Source: Pelagomonas calceolata (taxonomy: Eukaryota). Taken from it: a stretch of 64,000 nt of DNA. Below the pieces are notes generated by a model. That model saw nothing but the letters and a program-made list of their open reading frames with translations. It ran no database searches and had not been told where the DNA came from. Location of the stretch: the NCBI GenBank assembly GCA_918797485.1, contig CAKKNE010000004.1:3348001-3412000 (forward strand), read 5' to 3'. The translations under genes were made by a program, and so were the position numbers. Positions 41,461-51,460 of this stretch are shown here, in pieces; position 1 is the stretch's first letter, and every line of letters begins with the position of its first letter.

Positions 41461-41838
41461 TCATAGTTCATTTCGCTCCTTCTTGCGCGCGCGCTTCCTC
41501 TCCCGATAGACGCGCGCGCGGTCGGACGGCGAGAGCGACGGCGCCTGGCGCGGCTGCGCCTTGTGCCGCCTTGTTCCCTTCGAAGGCCTTTTGGAGCGCA
41601 ATCCCAACGCGTCGATGGCCGTGTCGACGTGGTTGCCGCCGGGCAGGCCCAGCTCGGCGGCGATGTGGTGCGGCTGCAAACCTTGGGCATGCATCTCCGT
41701 GATCTGCGCCCGGTCGTGGTCCGCGAGCTCGCGCAGCACGCGCGCGTGGCGTTTTTCTCTGTGCCTTAGTGATTCGCGGTGCGGCTGCTGGGCCGCCACG
41801 GCGGCGGCGCAGAGTGCCAGGAGCCAGCGGCGCCGCAT
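41461..41838 (-). CDS. Small hypothetical protein with signal peptide (C-terminal RNEL, possibly ER-retained)
   Basis: MRRRWLLALCAAAVAA signal peptide; KDEL-like terminus. Confidence 0.55.
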   Translation of the reverse strand: MRRRWLLALCAAAVAAQQPHRESLRHREKRHARVLRELADHDRAQITEMHAQGLQPHHIAAELGLPGGNHVDTAIDALGLRSKRPSKGTRRHKAQPRQAPSLSPSDRARVYRERKRARKKERNEL

Positions 41839-41961
41839 CCTATGTGTGGGGCAGCCGTTGCGGCTACGTATGCGCTCGACAACGACGCATCGTGCTATGT
41901 ACCTCCAGTTTTGGGGCGCTGGTGAGCCATGATTGCCGTCTCTTCGCGCTGCGTCGAGTGC

Positions 41962-41985
41962 GCTAGTGTCTTACTGGACGCTAGC
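41962..41985 (+). promoter_or_regulatory. CTAG-dyad upstream motif
   Basis: GCTAGTGTCTTACTGGACGCTAGC. Confidence 0.7.
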
Positions 41986-42120
41986 TCCGCGACTCAAGCC
42001 CACCATTGTTTTTGAGGCCTCTGGAGCGCTTTGCGAAGCGTGCGCATATTATTTGTGCTGTAGGTGTTGCTCTGTAAGCGCAGGCTCCTCAGGCTGCATC
42101 AGTGCGTGGTGTAAAACACA

Positions 42121-43011
42121 ATGCGCTGCGCAGGGCTGCTGGTGCTGGGCCAAGCCATCAATGCTGCGGAGGACATCGCCGCGGACGCCGGCGGCCGAGG
42201 GGTGCTCTTACAGCTCGTCGTGCGCGGTCCCGCGGCGAACGCGACGCGCCAGCGGTGGCACGCGCTGCACGACCACTTCGAGGGCTCGGACGAGGTCTAC
42301 GTCGCGCGCGTCTTTTGCGACGAGAACGACCCGAATAGTGACGACGACACATGCGGCGCGCTGCTGGGCGGCCGGCGCGCGGTCTACCCCATCGTGCTGT
42401 ACGGCGACTGTTACGAGCCGGAGGCCTACTGGGGCCCGCGGACGCTCGACGCGCTGAAGGCGTTGGGCGAAGGCATTCGCGCGCCCTGCTCGGCGTGGCG
42501 GCCCGACCGCTGCGATGGCGCTTCAAAAGCCAAGCTGGAGGGCTTCGAGGCCATGCCGGCGCGGGGCCTCAACGAGCTCGCGCGCACCGAGGCCGTCGCC
42601 CGGCGCGCGAGGGTGGAGGCGCACGAGGCCGCCCTCGAAGAGAAACGCGAGAGCCTGCTCGAGGAGTGGGAGGCGCTGGGGACGGTGCGGCGAACGAAGG
42701 CGCAGCGCGTTTCTGATGAGTTAAGGGCGATGCGCGAGGTCCTCGCGTCTCGCGGCGTCGGCTGGTCCGAGACGCGCGCGGCCGTGACCTTCGAGGAGGA
42801 GTCGTACGCGGCATCGGAGATTGCTGATGATTACGAATATTCGGCTTATAACGACGGATACGACGAATACGACGAGCTGGGACCGTACTACGATTATGAG
42901 GACGAGGACGCGTACTACAGCGAGTACGGCGGCGGCTACGACGAGGACGCCGACGTCGACGAGAGCTTGTATGCGGACTACTACGACGAGTACGAGGATA
43001 GTCGACGATAA
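42121..43011 (+). CDS. Secreted thioredoxin-like hypothetical protein with acidic Tyr-rich tail
   Basis: Signal peptide; WHALHDHF..VARVFCD..C..YPIVLYG..YWGPRTLDAL resembles a thioredoxin fold lacking CxxC. Confidence 0.6.
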   Translation: MRCAGLLVLGQAINAAEDIAADAGGRGVLLQLVVRGPAANATRQRWHALHDHFEGSDEVYVARVFCDENDPNSDDDTCGALLGGRRAVYPIVLYGDCYEPEAYWGPRTLDALKALGEGIRAPCSAWRPDRCDGASKAKLEGFEAMPARGLNELARTEAVARRARVEAHEAALEEKRESLLEEWEALGTVRRTKAQRVSDELRAMREVLASRGVGWSETRAAVTFEEESYAASEIADDYEYSAYNDGYDEYDELGPYYDYEDEDAYYSEYGGGYDEDADVDESLYADYYDEYEDSRR

Positions 43012-43127
43012 GAGACGATATGTTTTCGCTAGTGTGTCGATGTTACGGTGCTAGGACTAGTGGGCGGAGCCCCTGGGGGGGAGACACCGCGCGTCGCCGA
43101 TTCAAGCAGAACGCCTCGGCAAACCCC

Positions 43128-43151
43128 GCTAGTGTCTTACAGTATGCTAGC
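43128..43151 (+). promoter_or_regulatory. CTAG-dyad upstream motif
   Basis: GCTAGTGTCTTACAGTATGCTAGC. Confidence 0.7.
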
Positions 43152-43409
43152 TAGTCCAAAACGCCGTGCCATATTTTTCGCGCTGGCAGTCGCTACCTCA
43201 GCACTGCAAGTAAGAGGAATAGGTAATATTAGAGCTAAGGTACCAAGGCACGCAGCCACGCGCTTGGCATTGCTCTGGGTTAGTTGTGCAGCTTGCCAGG
43301 TCATCCTGTTCGTGGGGGCACGGGCAGGTCGGTCGTGAAGCCCGACCGGAGCGGCCGCGCGAAAAAGCTTGTGCTTGTTGCTTTAATAAACTGCTGACAC
43401 ATATTTGCC

Positions 43410-45410
43410 ATGAATTCGTACCCCGCGCTACGACGAGGCGGCCGGCTGCGAAACGCGTTCCTGCTACTACACATCGCACAAGCCTTCGACTTCTCGAGCT
43501 TCGGCAAGAAACCAGCACCAAAGAAGAAGACCTTCCAGGAATCCTTCGAGACATACAAAAACAAAATCAATTTACCAGAGGACGCCGGCGCGTTCGCGCG
43601 AGGCACTTTGGCGGGCATCGCCCTTTCAGTATTTGTGGCCGTCGGGCCCGTCGGCGACTCCATCAATACCGAAGGGAGAGAAGCTAGGGAGGCGGCGGCC
43701 CAGTTCGAAATTGTATTAGATGCATTAGATAAGCGCTACGTCGATCGCGTGTCCCCAAAAAAGCTCATGGAGAGTGCGGTGGAGGCCATGTTGGCCACGC
43801 TCGACCCCTACACGGAGTACGCCAAGTCCACCCAAGCGTCGGACATGATCGAGAGCGTCGAGGGGCGGTATGGGGGCGTTGGATTAGTTATATCGGGAAA
43901 ACCCCGAGATTCCAAGGACCCGGTGAAAGCGATGAAGAGCGGCGAGGTGGACGTGGCCGTCGTCGATGCGTATGAGGACTACGCCTGGGAGGCGGGCTTA
44001 CGGCCTCGGGATACGTTACTGTCGATTGGCGGTTCGACGCCATCCGGCAGCTCAGGAGACGCTGTGTTAGATGCAGCTAGGTCATCATTGCGAGGGAAGC
44101 CCGGCACCGACGTAAGCGTGGAGTACAAGCACCCCTGGGAGACGACGCCACGGACCACAGATCTTAAGAGATTTGCGGTGCGAAGGCGAGACGTCGAGTT
44201 AGTTACGTTGTTACCGTCCCCAACAGCGCCTAAAGTCGTGGCCTACGCTAGAGTAGGCGGCTTTTCGCGCGAGACGGCTCCGGAATTGGTCGAAGGTCTG
44301 GCTTCCTTACGCTTCGACAGTCAAAAGTCGAAGCTCGAGGGCGTGATCATCGATCTGAGAGGAAATCCGGGAGGGTTGCTAGATGCGGCGGTGGACGTCG
44401 CGTCGTTGTTCCTGCCGCCCGACGCCGTCATCGCGTCGGCGGGCGGCCGGGGCTTCGTCAGGGACGCGACGCCTTCGGGCGAGACGCCCAAAGAAAAGGA
44501 CGGTGTGGAGCGCGTCGAGTTTAGAAGTAGAGCTAGAGGTGTCACGTTGTTCGGCGTCGCTCCAGTAGTTGTTCTAGTGGACGGGCAGTCCGCTTCTGCC
44601 TCAGAAATCGTCGCCGGAGCCCTACAGGACTATGACGCTGGTGTTGTCGTCGGTTCGAGAACTTTTGGGAAAGGTCTCATTCAGGACGTCTCTCCATTAC
44701 CATTTGACGGCGCGGCACTGAAGGTCACGGTTGGCAGATACTATACCCCGTCCGGCCGGTGCCTGCAAGAGCTCGACTACGAGAAGGAACGGGCATTATC
44801 CTCAAAGAAGGAAGTCTCGCCGAAGGAATCTTTCTACACCGTGAATAGCAAAAGACCCATCGAGTCGGGCGGCGGCGTCGCTCCTGATGTTCTGGTGGAG
44901 CCGGACACGCTCACAAAAGCCGAGACCGCTTTACTGCGCAGTGGTGTCGCGAACAAGTTCGCGGACGACTGGGTCGATAAAAGGCCGGACGTGGCCAAGA
45001 CCCTGTATGCTCGAGGTCTGGAACCGGACGCCGATGCGGCATCCTTGGTTCTACAGAGGAGCGACCTCGACTCACTGAAACAGCGCGCCCTGAAGGCCAT
45101 TGCGGACGATCCCGACTCGAAGGACGGTCGAGAGGCCAAGCGCGAGGTCGAGGACGCCTTCCGGCGGCACCCCGACCGCATCCTCAAGGTCACCGACGCG
45201 TTAGTGAAGGAGCGCTTCTTCCGGAGTTCCGCTCTACTGAAGGCGCAAGTGTCAGATGAAAAAGCAGTCGTCGCGTCGATGAAGCTGCTGTCAGATAAGG
45301 CGCGCTTCGACGCGATCCTCGCGCCTCCGGCGAAGTCTGCTGCGTCTGCGCCGAACGCCGTCGCCGCAGCCGGCCTCGGGAACGCGGCCAGAGATGCTTC
45401 TAGTTCATAA
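43410..45410 (+). CDS. S41 carboxyl-terminal processing peptidase (CtpA/Prc-like, PDZ)
   Basis: LDPYTEY, YGGVGL, IIDLRGNPGGLL, SASASEIVAGALQD, RTFGKGLIQ, RYYTPSGR. Confidence 0.92.
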   Translation: MNSYPALRRGGRLRNAFLLLHIAQAFDFSSFGKKPAPKKKTFQESFETYKNKINLPEDAGAFARGTLAGIALSVFVAVGPVGDSINTEGREAREAAAQFEIVLDALDKRYVDRVSPKKLMESAVEAMLATLDPYTEYAKSTQASDMIESVEGRYGGVGLVISGKPRDSKDPVKAMKSGEVDVAVVDAYEDYAWEAGLRPRDTLLSIGGSTPSGSSGDAVLDAARSSLRGKPGTDVSVEYKHPWETTPRTTDLKRFAVRRRDVELVTLLPSPTAPKVVAYARVGGFSRETAPELVEGLASLRFDSQKSKLEGVIIDLRGNPGGLLDAAVDVASLFLPPDAVIASAGGRGFVRDATPSGETPKEKDGVERVEFRSRARGVTLFGVAPVVVLVDGQSASASEIVAGALQDYDAGVVVGSRTFGKGLIQDVSPLPFDGAALKVTVGRYYTPSGRCLQELDYEKERALSSKKEVSPKESFYTVNSKRPIESGGGVAPDVLVEPDTLTKAETALLRSGVANKFADDWVDKRPDVAKTLYARGLEPDADAASLVLQRSDLDSLKQRALKAIADDPDSKDGREAKREVEDAFRRHPDRILKVTDALVKERFFRSSALLKAQVSDEKAVVASMKLLSDKARFDAILAPPAKSAASAPNAVAAAGLGNAARDASSS

Positions 45411-45420
45411 TGTGTTTAGT

Positions 45421-46234
45421 TCATTTCCCTCCCAGGTGCTTTGCCGCTCGAGCCCTTTGCGTGCTGTGGCCGGTGCGCATCCACGCGCAGCCGCCGTGGA
45501 GGGGCGAGCACCCGCTCCGGGGCTTGTACTCGCCGATGGACCCCCGCTCGAACTGCGCGTCCGGGAGAACGGCGGGACAGGACGGGTCGAACATGCAGGG
45601 CATCGGCCGGCCGTCGAAGGGGTTGATCGCTTTCTTCGTCTGCGGGCACGCGAGGACGTCGCGAATGTCGGCACGACCCGTCGCGCGGACTGCGGCCACA
45701 TTAAAAAAGGTCGAGCCCCGCGTCGGCACGAGGAACGCGCAGCGCGAGAAGAGGTGGTTCTCCACGAGCGCCTCGAGCGCCGGGTCGTCGACGCGGGCCT
45801 CGACGATCGACACGTTGTCCGCCTTCGCGAGGGCGATGAGATCTCGCTTCAACCACGCCGAGTGACCATCGGAACCAATGAGTAGACCGCCGTCGTGCCG
45901 CGCGACCGCTTCTCTCAGGCGGGGCCACACCTGTGTGGAAATCAACCAGTGCGTCGGGTGCCCGACAATTCTTCACTAAGTCATTTCTCGGCGATGACGC
46001 GGCCTCCTGGCTCAATCGAGCGGCGAGGAACCGGCATCGCCACGCCATCGAGCAAGCGTCGCATCGATGGCGTGGAGGACGACGCGACGATTCAACGCGA
46101 ACGCGCCGTAAAAGTTTGATTTCCACACAGGGCCCCACATCGCCGGCGCGCCAGTCCGGGCCCTTCTTGCGCAGGTGCACGCCGACGCCGCAGCCCTCCG
46201 ACCGCGCGAGCGCCGCATCGACCGCCTTCCTCAC
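45421..46234 (-). pseudogene. 5'-truncated fucosyltransferase-like (NodZ/GT23-type) gene with an introner intron
   Basis: VGVHLR and LFSRCAFLVPTRGSTF motifs; no ATG, in-frame stop just upstream. Confidence 0.6.
45931..46138 (-). mobile_element. Introner element, long type; 208-nt intron, perfect 15-bp TIRs, 8-bp TSD (7/8)
   Basis: CTGTGTGGAAATCAA at 45931 and TTGATTTCCACACAG ending at 46130; GTGGGGCC versus GTGTGGCC. Confidence 0.92.
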
Positions 46235-46242
46235 TGGGCGAC

Positions 46243-46800
46243 ATGCACGGGTTCACAACTAGACGAAAATACCCGGACTTCCACCTCATCCACGTGCTGC
46301 ACGGCTTCTGGTGGCACTACGGGTCCTTGGTGCGGCCGGACCTCGAGGCGTACCCGGAGGACATCTTCCGGAGTCTCTGCGAGCCCTGGCTTGACCCCTA
46401 CGAGTACAACGAGCACGTCCACACGTCCATGTTCAAGGAGTGCCGCCACGGGGTGGGTCATGGCGTCTTCTACCCGCTCGCGGCGCGCCAGGACCCCTCT
46501 CTGGTCAGCGTGCGAAGGACGCGCCTCGAGGGCACGTTCCCCGTGAGCGACGCGACCTACTGCGAGGGGCTTAGGATTTGCAACGGCGCGCCCAACGAGG
46601 CGGGGCAGACGGCGGTGTACGGGGCCAATTCCAAGTACGGGCAACGCGTCGCGACGGCCAAGTCCTGCTGCTACGGGGGTCTCCGCCACTCCATCAAGCT
46701 CTACTCGCCGCGCATGCCGACGGACTGGAATTGCCGGGGCCAGACGGACCCCGCGATCCAGGCGGCGGTCAAGGCCAACAGGCCCATTAAGATTGTGTAA
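46243..46800 (+). CDS. Hypothetical Cys/His-rich protein (CxHGxGHG motif), probably 5'-truncated
   Basis: ECRHGVGHG, CCYGG; host-like codon usage; no upstream intergenic space. Confidence 0.55.
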   Translation: MHGFTTRRKYPDFHLIHVLHGFWWHYGSLVRPDLEAYPEDIFRSLCEPWLDPYEYNEHVHTSMFKECRHGVGHGVFYPLAARQDPSLVSVRRTRLEGTFPVSDATYCEGLRICNGAPNEAGQTAVYGANSKYGQRVATAKSCCYGGLRHSIKLYSPRMPTDWNCRGQTDPAIQAAVKANRPIKIV

Positions 46801-46810
46801 ATACTATACC

Positions 46811-47395
46811 TCAAGAATTATTCCACGCGTCGCGCCACGCAGCCACCCGCGCAAGCGTCGCCTCGAGGTCGGCCTCGCTCTCATTCCTCAACTCCACGAC
46901 GACCTCCGCGGCGTAGGCCTCTCTGGCTTCCTCGAGGACGACCTGCATGATCTCGCACTGCAGATTTTCCTGGAGCTTCGGCTCGGGGTAGCCGCGCGCC
47001 GTGAGGCGATCATATAAAGTCTCGGTGCCGACGCGCAGCACGAGCACCAAATCGAACCAGCGCTCGGGGAAGAGCTCGCACGCGTGGTAGTCGACTACAA
47101 ACCCGCCCCGGCCCAGGTCCGGCTCCATCGCGTCCAGCACGCGGTCCTCGTCGAGCACTTGGCACTGCCGCGCCTCGTCGAACTCCTCGAACGCTTTCAA
47201 TGACTTCGCGAGCTCCGAGACGCCGAGCCGCTGCAGGCCGAGGCGCGCCGCGATGGCCTCGGCGGCGCGCGTCTTGCCGACGCCCGGCGTGCCCGTCACG
47301 AGGATGTTCGGTCGTGCGGCTCCTTTCCGGTCGCGCTTCTGGGCCGGTGCCGTTTCCTCGGACTTGCGCTTGCGGGGTTCCGTGAGCTCGGCCAT
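46811..47395 (-). CDS. AK6: Adenylate kinase 6 / Fap7 / hCINAP
   Basis: PNILVTGTPGVGKT, VVDYHACELFPERWFDLV, LYDRLTARGY, ENLQCEIMQV. Confidence 0.95.
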   Translation of the reverse strand: MAELTEPRKRKSEETAPAQKRDRKGAARPNILVTGTPGVGKTRAAEAIAARLGLQRLGVSELAKSLKAFEEFDEARQCQVLDEDRVLDAMEPDLGRGGFVVDYHACELFPERWFDLVLVLRVGTETLYDRLTARGYPEPKLQENLQCEIMQVVLEEAREAYAAEVVVELRNESEADLEATLARVAAWRDAWNNS

Positions 47396-47927
47396 ATTTC
47401 CACGGTGTGCGCGTGATGTGCCGATGAAGCTGTTGTGATGCAGGAGTGTTCTACGGTGTGCCGAGGCGATGGCGTTCGGCGCGCGTGATGCAGCGATGAA
47501 ACTGCTGTGATGAAGCAGTGCTGCTGACAGAGGCTAATGAGACTCACGTCTGAATTCTGCTGCCACGGCCAGCTGTGCACTGTCAACGAGTGCGTACGGC
47601 GGTGGCAATAACCAGAATAAGACGTGTATTACGTCGTTTTTTGCGTGTGCATGCAATGCTCCTACTGTCGAGGTATAAGGTATAAGGTACCATACCGATA
47701 CCTTATACCCGGCGGCCGGGACCAGCGGCCCAGCGACGACTCCCCGGAGACTCCCTGGCAAGGGGACGGAAGCCTACGGAGGCTTGTAGGACGAAACCGC
47801 AAGCTCCTTCCTTGCCACCCACGCCCAACCTGGGCCGGCCGCTGTACCATTTCGCTGAGGTCGAATCACATCGAGCAGCACGCATGGGACGCTGAGCAGC
47901 AGCACATAGACGACACACGCCGGTGTT

Positions 47928-49433
47928 ATGGGCCGCGGCGGGCAGAAAGCGGCGCCGGGCAACCCCCTCACCAGCAGGCGTTGGTCCAAGGGCGAGGACC
48001 TGCGCCCGCACACGCCGCAGGAGTATGATGATGACCTCAACAACCTCTGGGTCGTGCATGGAAGGCGCTACGACCTGGCGCCCTTCCGGGACGTCCATCC
48101 GGGCGGCGCGACGGCGCTCGATTTGTGCCGGGGCAGCGACGCGACGCGGCTCTTCGAGCAGTTCCACGTCATGAACGACAAGCACCGCAAGGCGCTCAAG
48201 AAGTATGAAGTGCGTGAGTACAAGCGGTCCGAGAGCCCCCCCGGCGTCGAAGACACGCCTCCTAAGGACAGCGAGCGCAGCGCCTTCCACGAGGACCTGA
48301 AGGCGATGCTGCGACGGCACTTTCCGGATTTATATGATGGCCACAAGTGCACCTACCAGCACGCGGCGTGTCTCGGGGCGACCTTCGCGGCGTATGGTGT
48401 TGGATGGGTCGGGTGGTGGCGCGGCGAAGTACTGACAGGAGTGTTTTTGTTAGGACTGTGCGCCTGGCTCATCATGGCCAATTTAGCACATGACGGCTCG
48501 CACCACGCCGTGTCGCGCAAAGCCTGGATCAATGAGATTTCACTACTGACCTCGTCACCGTTACTCTACAGTTACGGAAGCTGGTACCAGCAGCACTGTG
48601 CGTCTCATCACTTAGAAACGAATGATCCGGATCTCGATGTCGACGTGCAGCACCACCCCTTCGCGCGGTGGGAGCGGAGCATGTGGAAGGACCATAACCT
48701 CACGGGTTGGATCAACCTATTGTGGCACTTCACGGCCTTCCTCGTGTCGACGGCGAACATGTCGCTCACGCACCCCTGGAAATTTGTGTTTGTTCCCTGG
48801 GTGAGAAGGCACCTAGGCTTGGAATTGCCACCCTTCTTCGGCGCCGACAACGTCGAATGGGCCGCGAAACAGAAGAAGGCCAACAAACACGCGCCCCACG
48901 AGCTAGCATTTTTCAGAGTGTCAGGAAGGATGCATAGAACAGGATTCTTCGACGGCTGGCGCGGGCTGCTGAGTGTGTTGGGGTTCGTTATGTCCGTGGC
49001 GTTCGTCACGGTGCCCTTCTTCCGCTTCGACACGATAGGAAGAAAACTACTGTTTGCGCTTGGGCCCTACGTCGTCACGTCGGCCTTCTTCTTCACGGTG
49101 ACCCAAATTTCGCATGTGCAGGCCGAGTGCCAGCGGCCCGACCCGACCAAAGACTTCTTCCAGCACCAGGCTCGCACGTCGCTGGACTACGGGTGCACGT
49201 CGGAGTTCTGGCGCTTCGCGACGGGCGGGTTGAATGTGCAAAGCATCCACCACGTCATGCCGGTCGTGAACTCGTGTCATTATGCCAAGTTGTACCCGGA
49301 GTTCTACGCGCTCTGCGAGAAGTACGACTGCGCGCCGGCGACGGAGCCCCACATTTTGAGTGCGGGCTACCGGCACCTGAAGCACGTCTACGACCTCGGC
49401 GAGCTGTACCGCGGGCCGGACTACTCCGACTAG
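47928..49433 (+). CDS. Cytochrome b5-fused front-end fatty acid desaturase
   Basis: HPGG; His boxes HDGSH, HCASHH, QSIHH. Confidence 0.9.
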   Translation: MGRGGQKAAPGNPLTSRRWSKGEDLRPHTPQEYDDDLNNLWVVHGRRYDLAPFRDVHPGGATALDLCRGSDATRLFEQFHVMNDKHRKALKKYEVREYKRSESPPGVEDTPPKDSERSAFHEDLKAMLRRHFPDLYDGHKCTYQHAACLGATFAAYGVGWVGWWRGEVLTGVFLLGLCAWLIMANLAHDGSHHAVSRKAWINEISLLTSSPLLYSYGSWYQQHCASHHLETNDPDLDVDVQHHPFARWERSMWKDHNLTGWINLLWHFTAFLVSTANMSLTHPWKFVFVPWVRRHLGLELPPFFGADNVEWAAKQKKANKHAPHELAFFRVSGRMHRTGFFDGWRGLLSVLGFVMSVAFVTVPFFRFDTIGRKLLFALGPYVVTSAFFFTVTQISHVQAECQRPDPTKDFFQHQARTSLDYGCTSEFWRFATGGLNVQSIHHVMPVVNSCHYAKLYPEFYALCEKYDCAPATEPHILSAGYRHLKHVYDLGELYRGPDYSD

Positions 49434-49749
49434 ATCGACTCTGTTATTATGCATAGTAATTATCGCATTGAATATACCTTCCTTTTCTACCTTCCCTTGG
49501 GGGCTCGGCGACGCCTCCGCCGCAGGAGGCGGGTTTTTCATGCCGATTTTGCTCAGCGAGCCCCTCACGCACTCACGTGGCGTCAGTACCGTCAGTGATC
49601 ACCTTTAATCGTGTTAACACGTCGCGGAGTCCACTCTTGGAGGGACTCTTCGCCGTCACACTCACACAGCACTAAAAAAAATTTGGCCTATTAGATCTGC
49701 CCGGGAGCACAACCGGCTCCTACTCGCGCAACCTCAACCACTTGTGGCT

Positions 49750-50509
49750 CATGGGCGCCATCGTCGGCATCTGGCACGGGCCGATGACGGAGCCACACGG
49801 AGCCGCGCGCCAGTGGCTCACGGCGGGCCTCGAGGAGAACGCGACCCACCTGCTGGTGGACGTCGACAACGCCGAGCGGCTCGTCGCGGCCGTCAAGGCC
49901 GACAAGAAGTGGCGGACGGCCCTCGTGCAGAACGCGCGAGGCGTGGCGGAACTGTTCGTGTGTCCGCGTTGCCTGCGGCAGCACTACGTGTCCGTGATCG
50001 TCGCGCTGCGCGAGCGCTTCTACGAGTTGGACAGGACGATGAACTCCCACCTGCGGGACGCCGGGACGCCCGCCCAGCGCGCGGCGGAGGCGGCGTTACA
50101 AGCATTTACGAAGGAACGGGAGGCGGAGAACGCCTATCGCCATTTCCAAAATAAGTACAAAAAACGGAAGGACAAAGGTTGGCGGAACATGGGAAAAATG
50201 CGGGAGGAGAAGCACGACCTCAAGGAGGCGCTCTCGGCCGAGCAGACGCGCGACGCCGAGCGCAAGGCCGAATTGCTCAAGGTCCTCGAGGCCGAGAAGG
50301 CACAAGCACCGCCGTCCTTCGCGGAGCTCCTGCGCCTCGAAAACTGCGAGGCGCGCATGACCTCGCTCGTCGAGATCACGAAGCCACGGACGCGCGGCGG
50401 CGGGCGCCACTGCATCCACGGCGGGAGAAAAGAATGCCCCGACGTCGGCTTCCAGCGGCGCGGCGCGGGCAAGGAGGCGTGCGCGCTGCTCGCGAAGCTC
50501 GTCACGTAG
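49750..50509 (+). CDS. Hypothetical protein in an accessory interval; start uncertain
   Basis: ~250-aa ORF with coiled-coil-like region and CPRC; no family recognised. Confidence 0.45.
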
Positions 50510-50582
50510 TTGTTTTCCCCGGCAAGCGAGGCGACCCATTTACTCTACCACCGGCACGTCTCCATAATATTTTAACATTAGC

Positions 50583-51182
50583 CTAGGGGTTCGGCAGGCG
50601 CGGGCCGTCCCAGCCGCGCCTCGCCTCTGCTAGCCGCGACCGGCGCGCCATGTTTCTGGTATGGGCTGCCATTCTCTCTTTCTTGCGCTGGTAGTGCTGG
50701 CGCCGGATGTTCTTGAAGCGCCGGCGCTCGCGCGCCAGGTACTTGGACCGCCTCGGGCCCGCGCGCTCGGGGTAAGACGCCTCTGCCTCGGCCAGCAACT
50801 CTTCCCAGTTGCCGGGCCGCTCGCCGGCATATTGTAAATCGCCGGCGGGCGTCGCGCGCTGGTTCCCTCGGTCCTCCAGGCGCGAGCGCTCGAAGAAGTC
50901 GTCCCCGAGCGCGTCGAGGCTCCGGTTCTGGTCGTCGTCATCTCCTGATGTGGTGGCGAACGTTGCGCACAGCTGCGGGCGTGCCAGAGGCGGCCGCGCG
51001 GCGACCAATCTGAGCGATGCTGCGCGGCGCGCGATGGGTGCGGCTGCACCCTGAGGCCCTGCGGCGGCCAGATAGCCCCGCGCCGCCGCGCGGCGAGTCA
51101 GCAGTGCTGCACCATTTGGGCTAGCGGTGCCAAAACAGAGCGGGCGCGCGCGCAGCGCTCTCCGCGCGACTGCTGCGATCAT
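50583..51182 (-). CDS. Hypothetical basic protein with mitochondrial-type presequence
   Basis: Arg/Ala-rich N-terminus and Arg/Lys-rich C-terminus. Confidence 0.6.
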   Translation of the reverse strand: MIAAVARRALRARPLCFGTASPNGAALLTRRAAARGYLAAAGPQGAAAPIARRAASLRLVAARPPLARPQLCATFATTSGDDDDQNRSLDALGDDFFERSRLEDRGNQRATPAGDLQYAGERPGNWEELLAEAEASYPERAGPRRSKYLARERRRFKNIRRQHYQRKKERMAAHTRNMARRSRLAEARRGWDGPRLPNP

Positions 51183-51250
51183 ATTGGTGGACTGTGATTA
51201 CTCTGAGTTGTATGCGATGGCACAACGCGCCGTACATGCCCTCGATACCC

Positions 51251-51273
51251 GCTAGCGTACAGTAAGACACTAG
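51251..51273 (-). promoter_or_regulatory. CTAG-dyad upstream motif
   Basis: + strand GCTAGCGTACAGTAAGACACTAG. Confidence 0.7.
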
Positions 51274-51460
51274 GAAGCAGCTGGCCGAGGGCTGGCCGCT
51301 TGGATTTCGCTGCCTTACGCTGCTCAATATACCCCTAAAGCAGTGCTCAGGCACTCGTTTGCCATCCGCCTCTCGCTGACAACACCTCGCTCGCACTCTG
51401 GCACGAATCAGCCGCGGGCCAGGATAGCCAGACCGGAGAGCTCGCAGCCTGAGCGGCGAA

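Noticed and set aside
43028..43055. Extra degenerate CTAG...CTAG motif
   Set aside because: Spacer is too long and divergent; a good copy lies 100 bp downstream.
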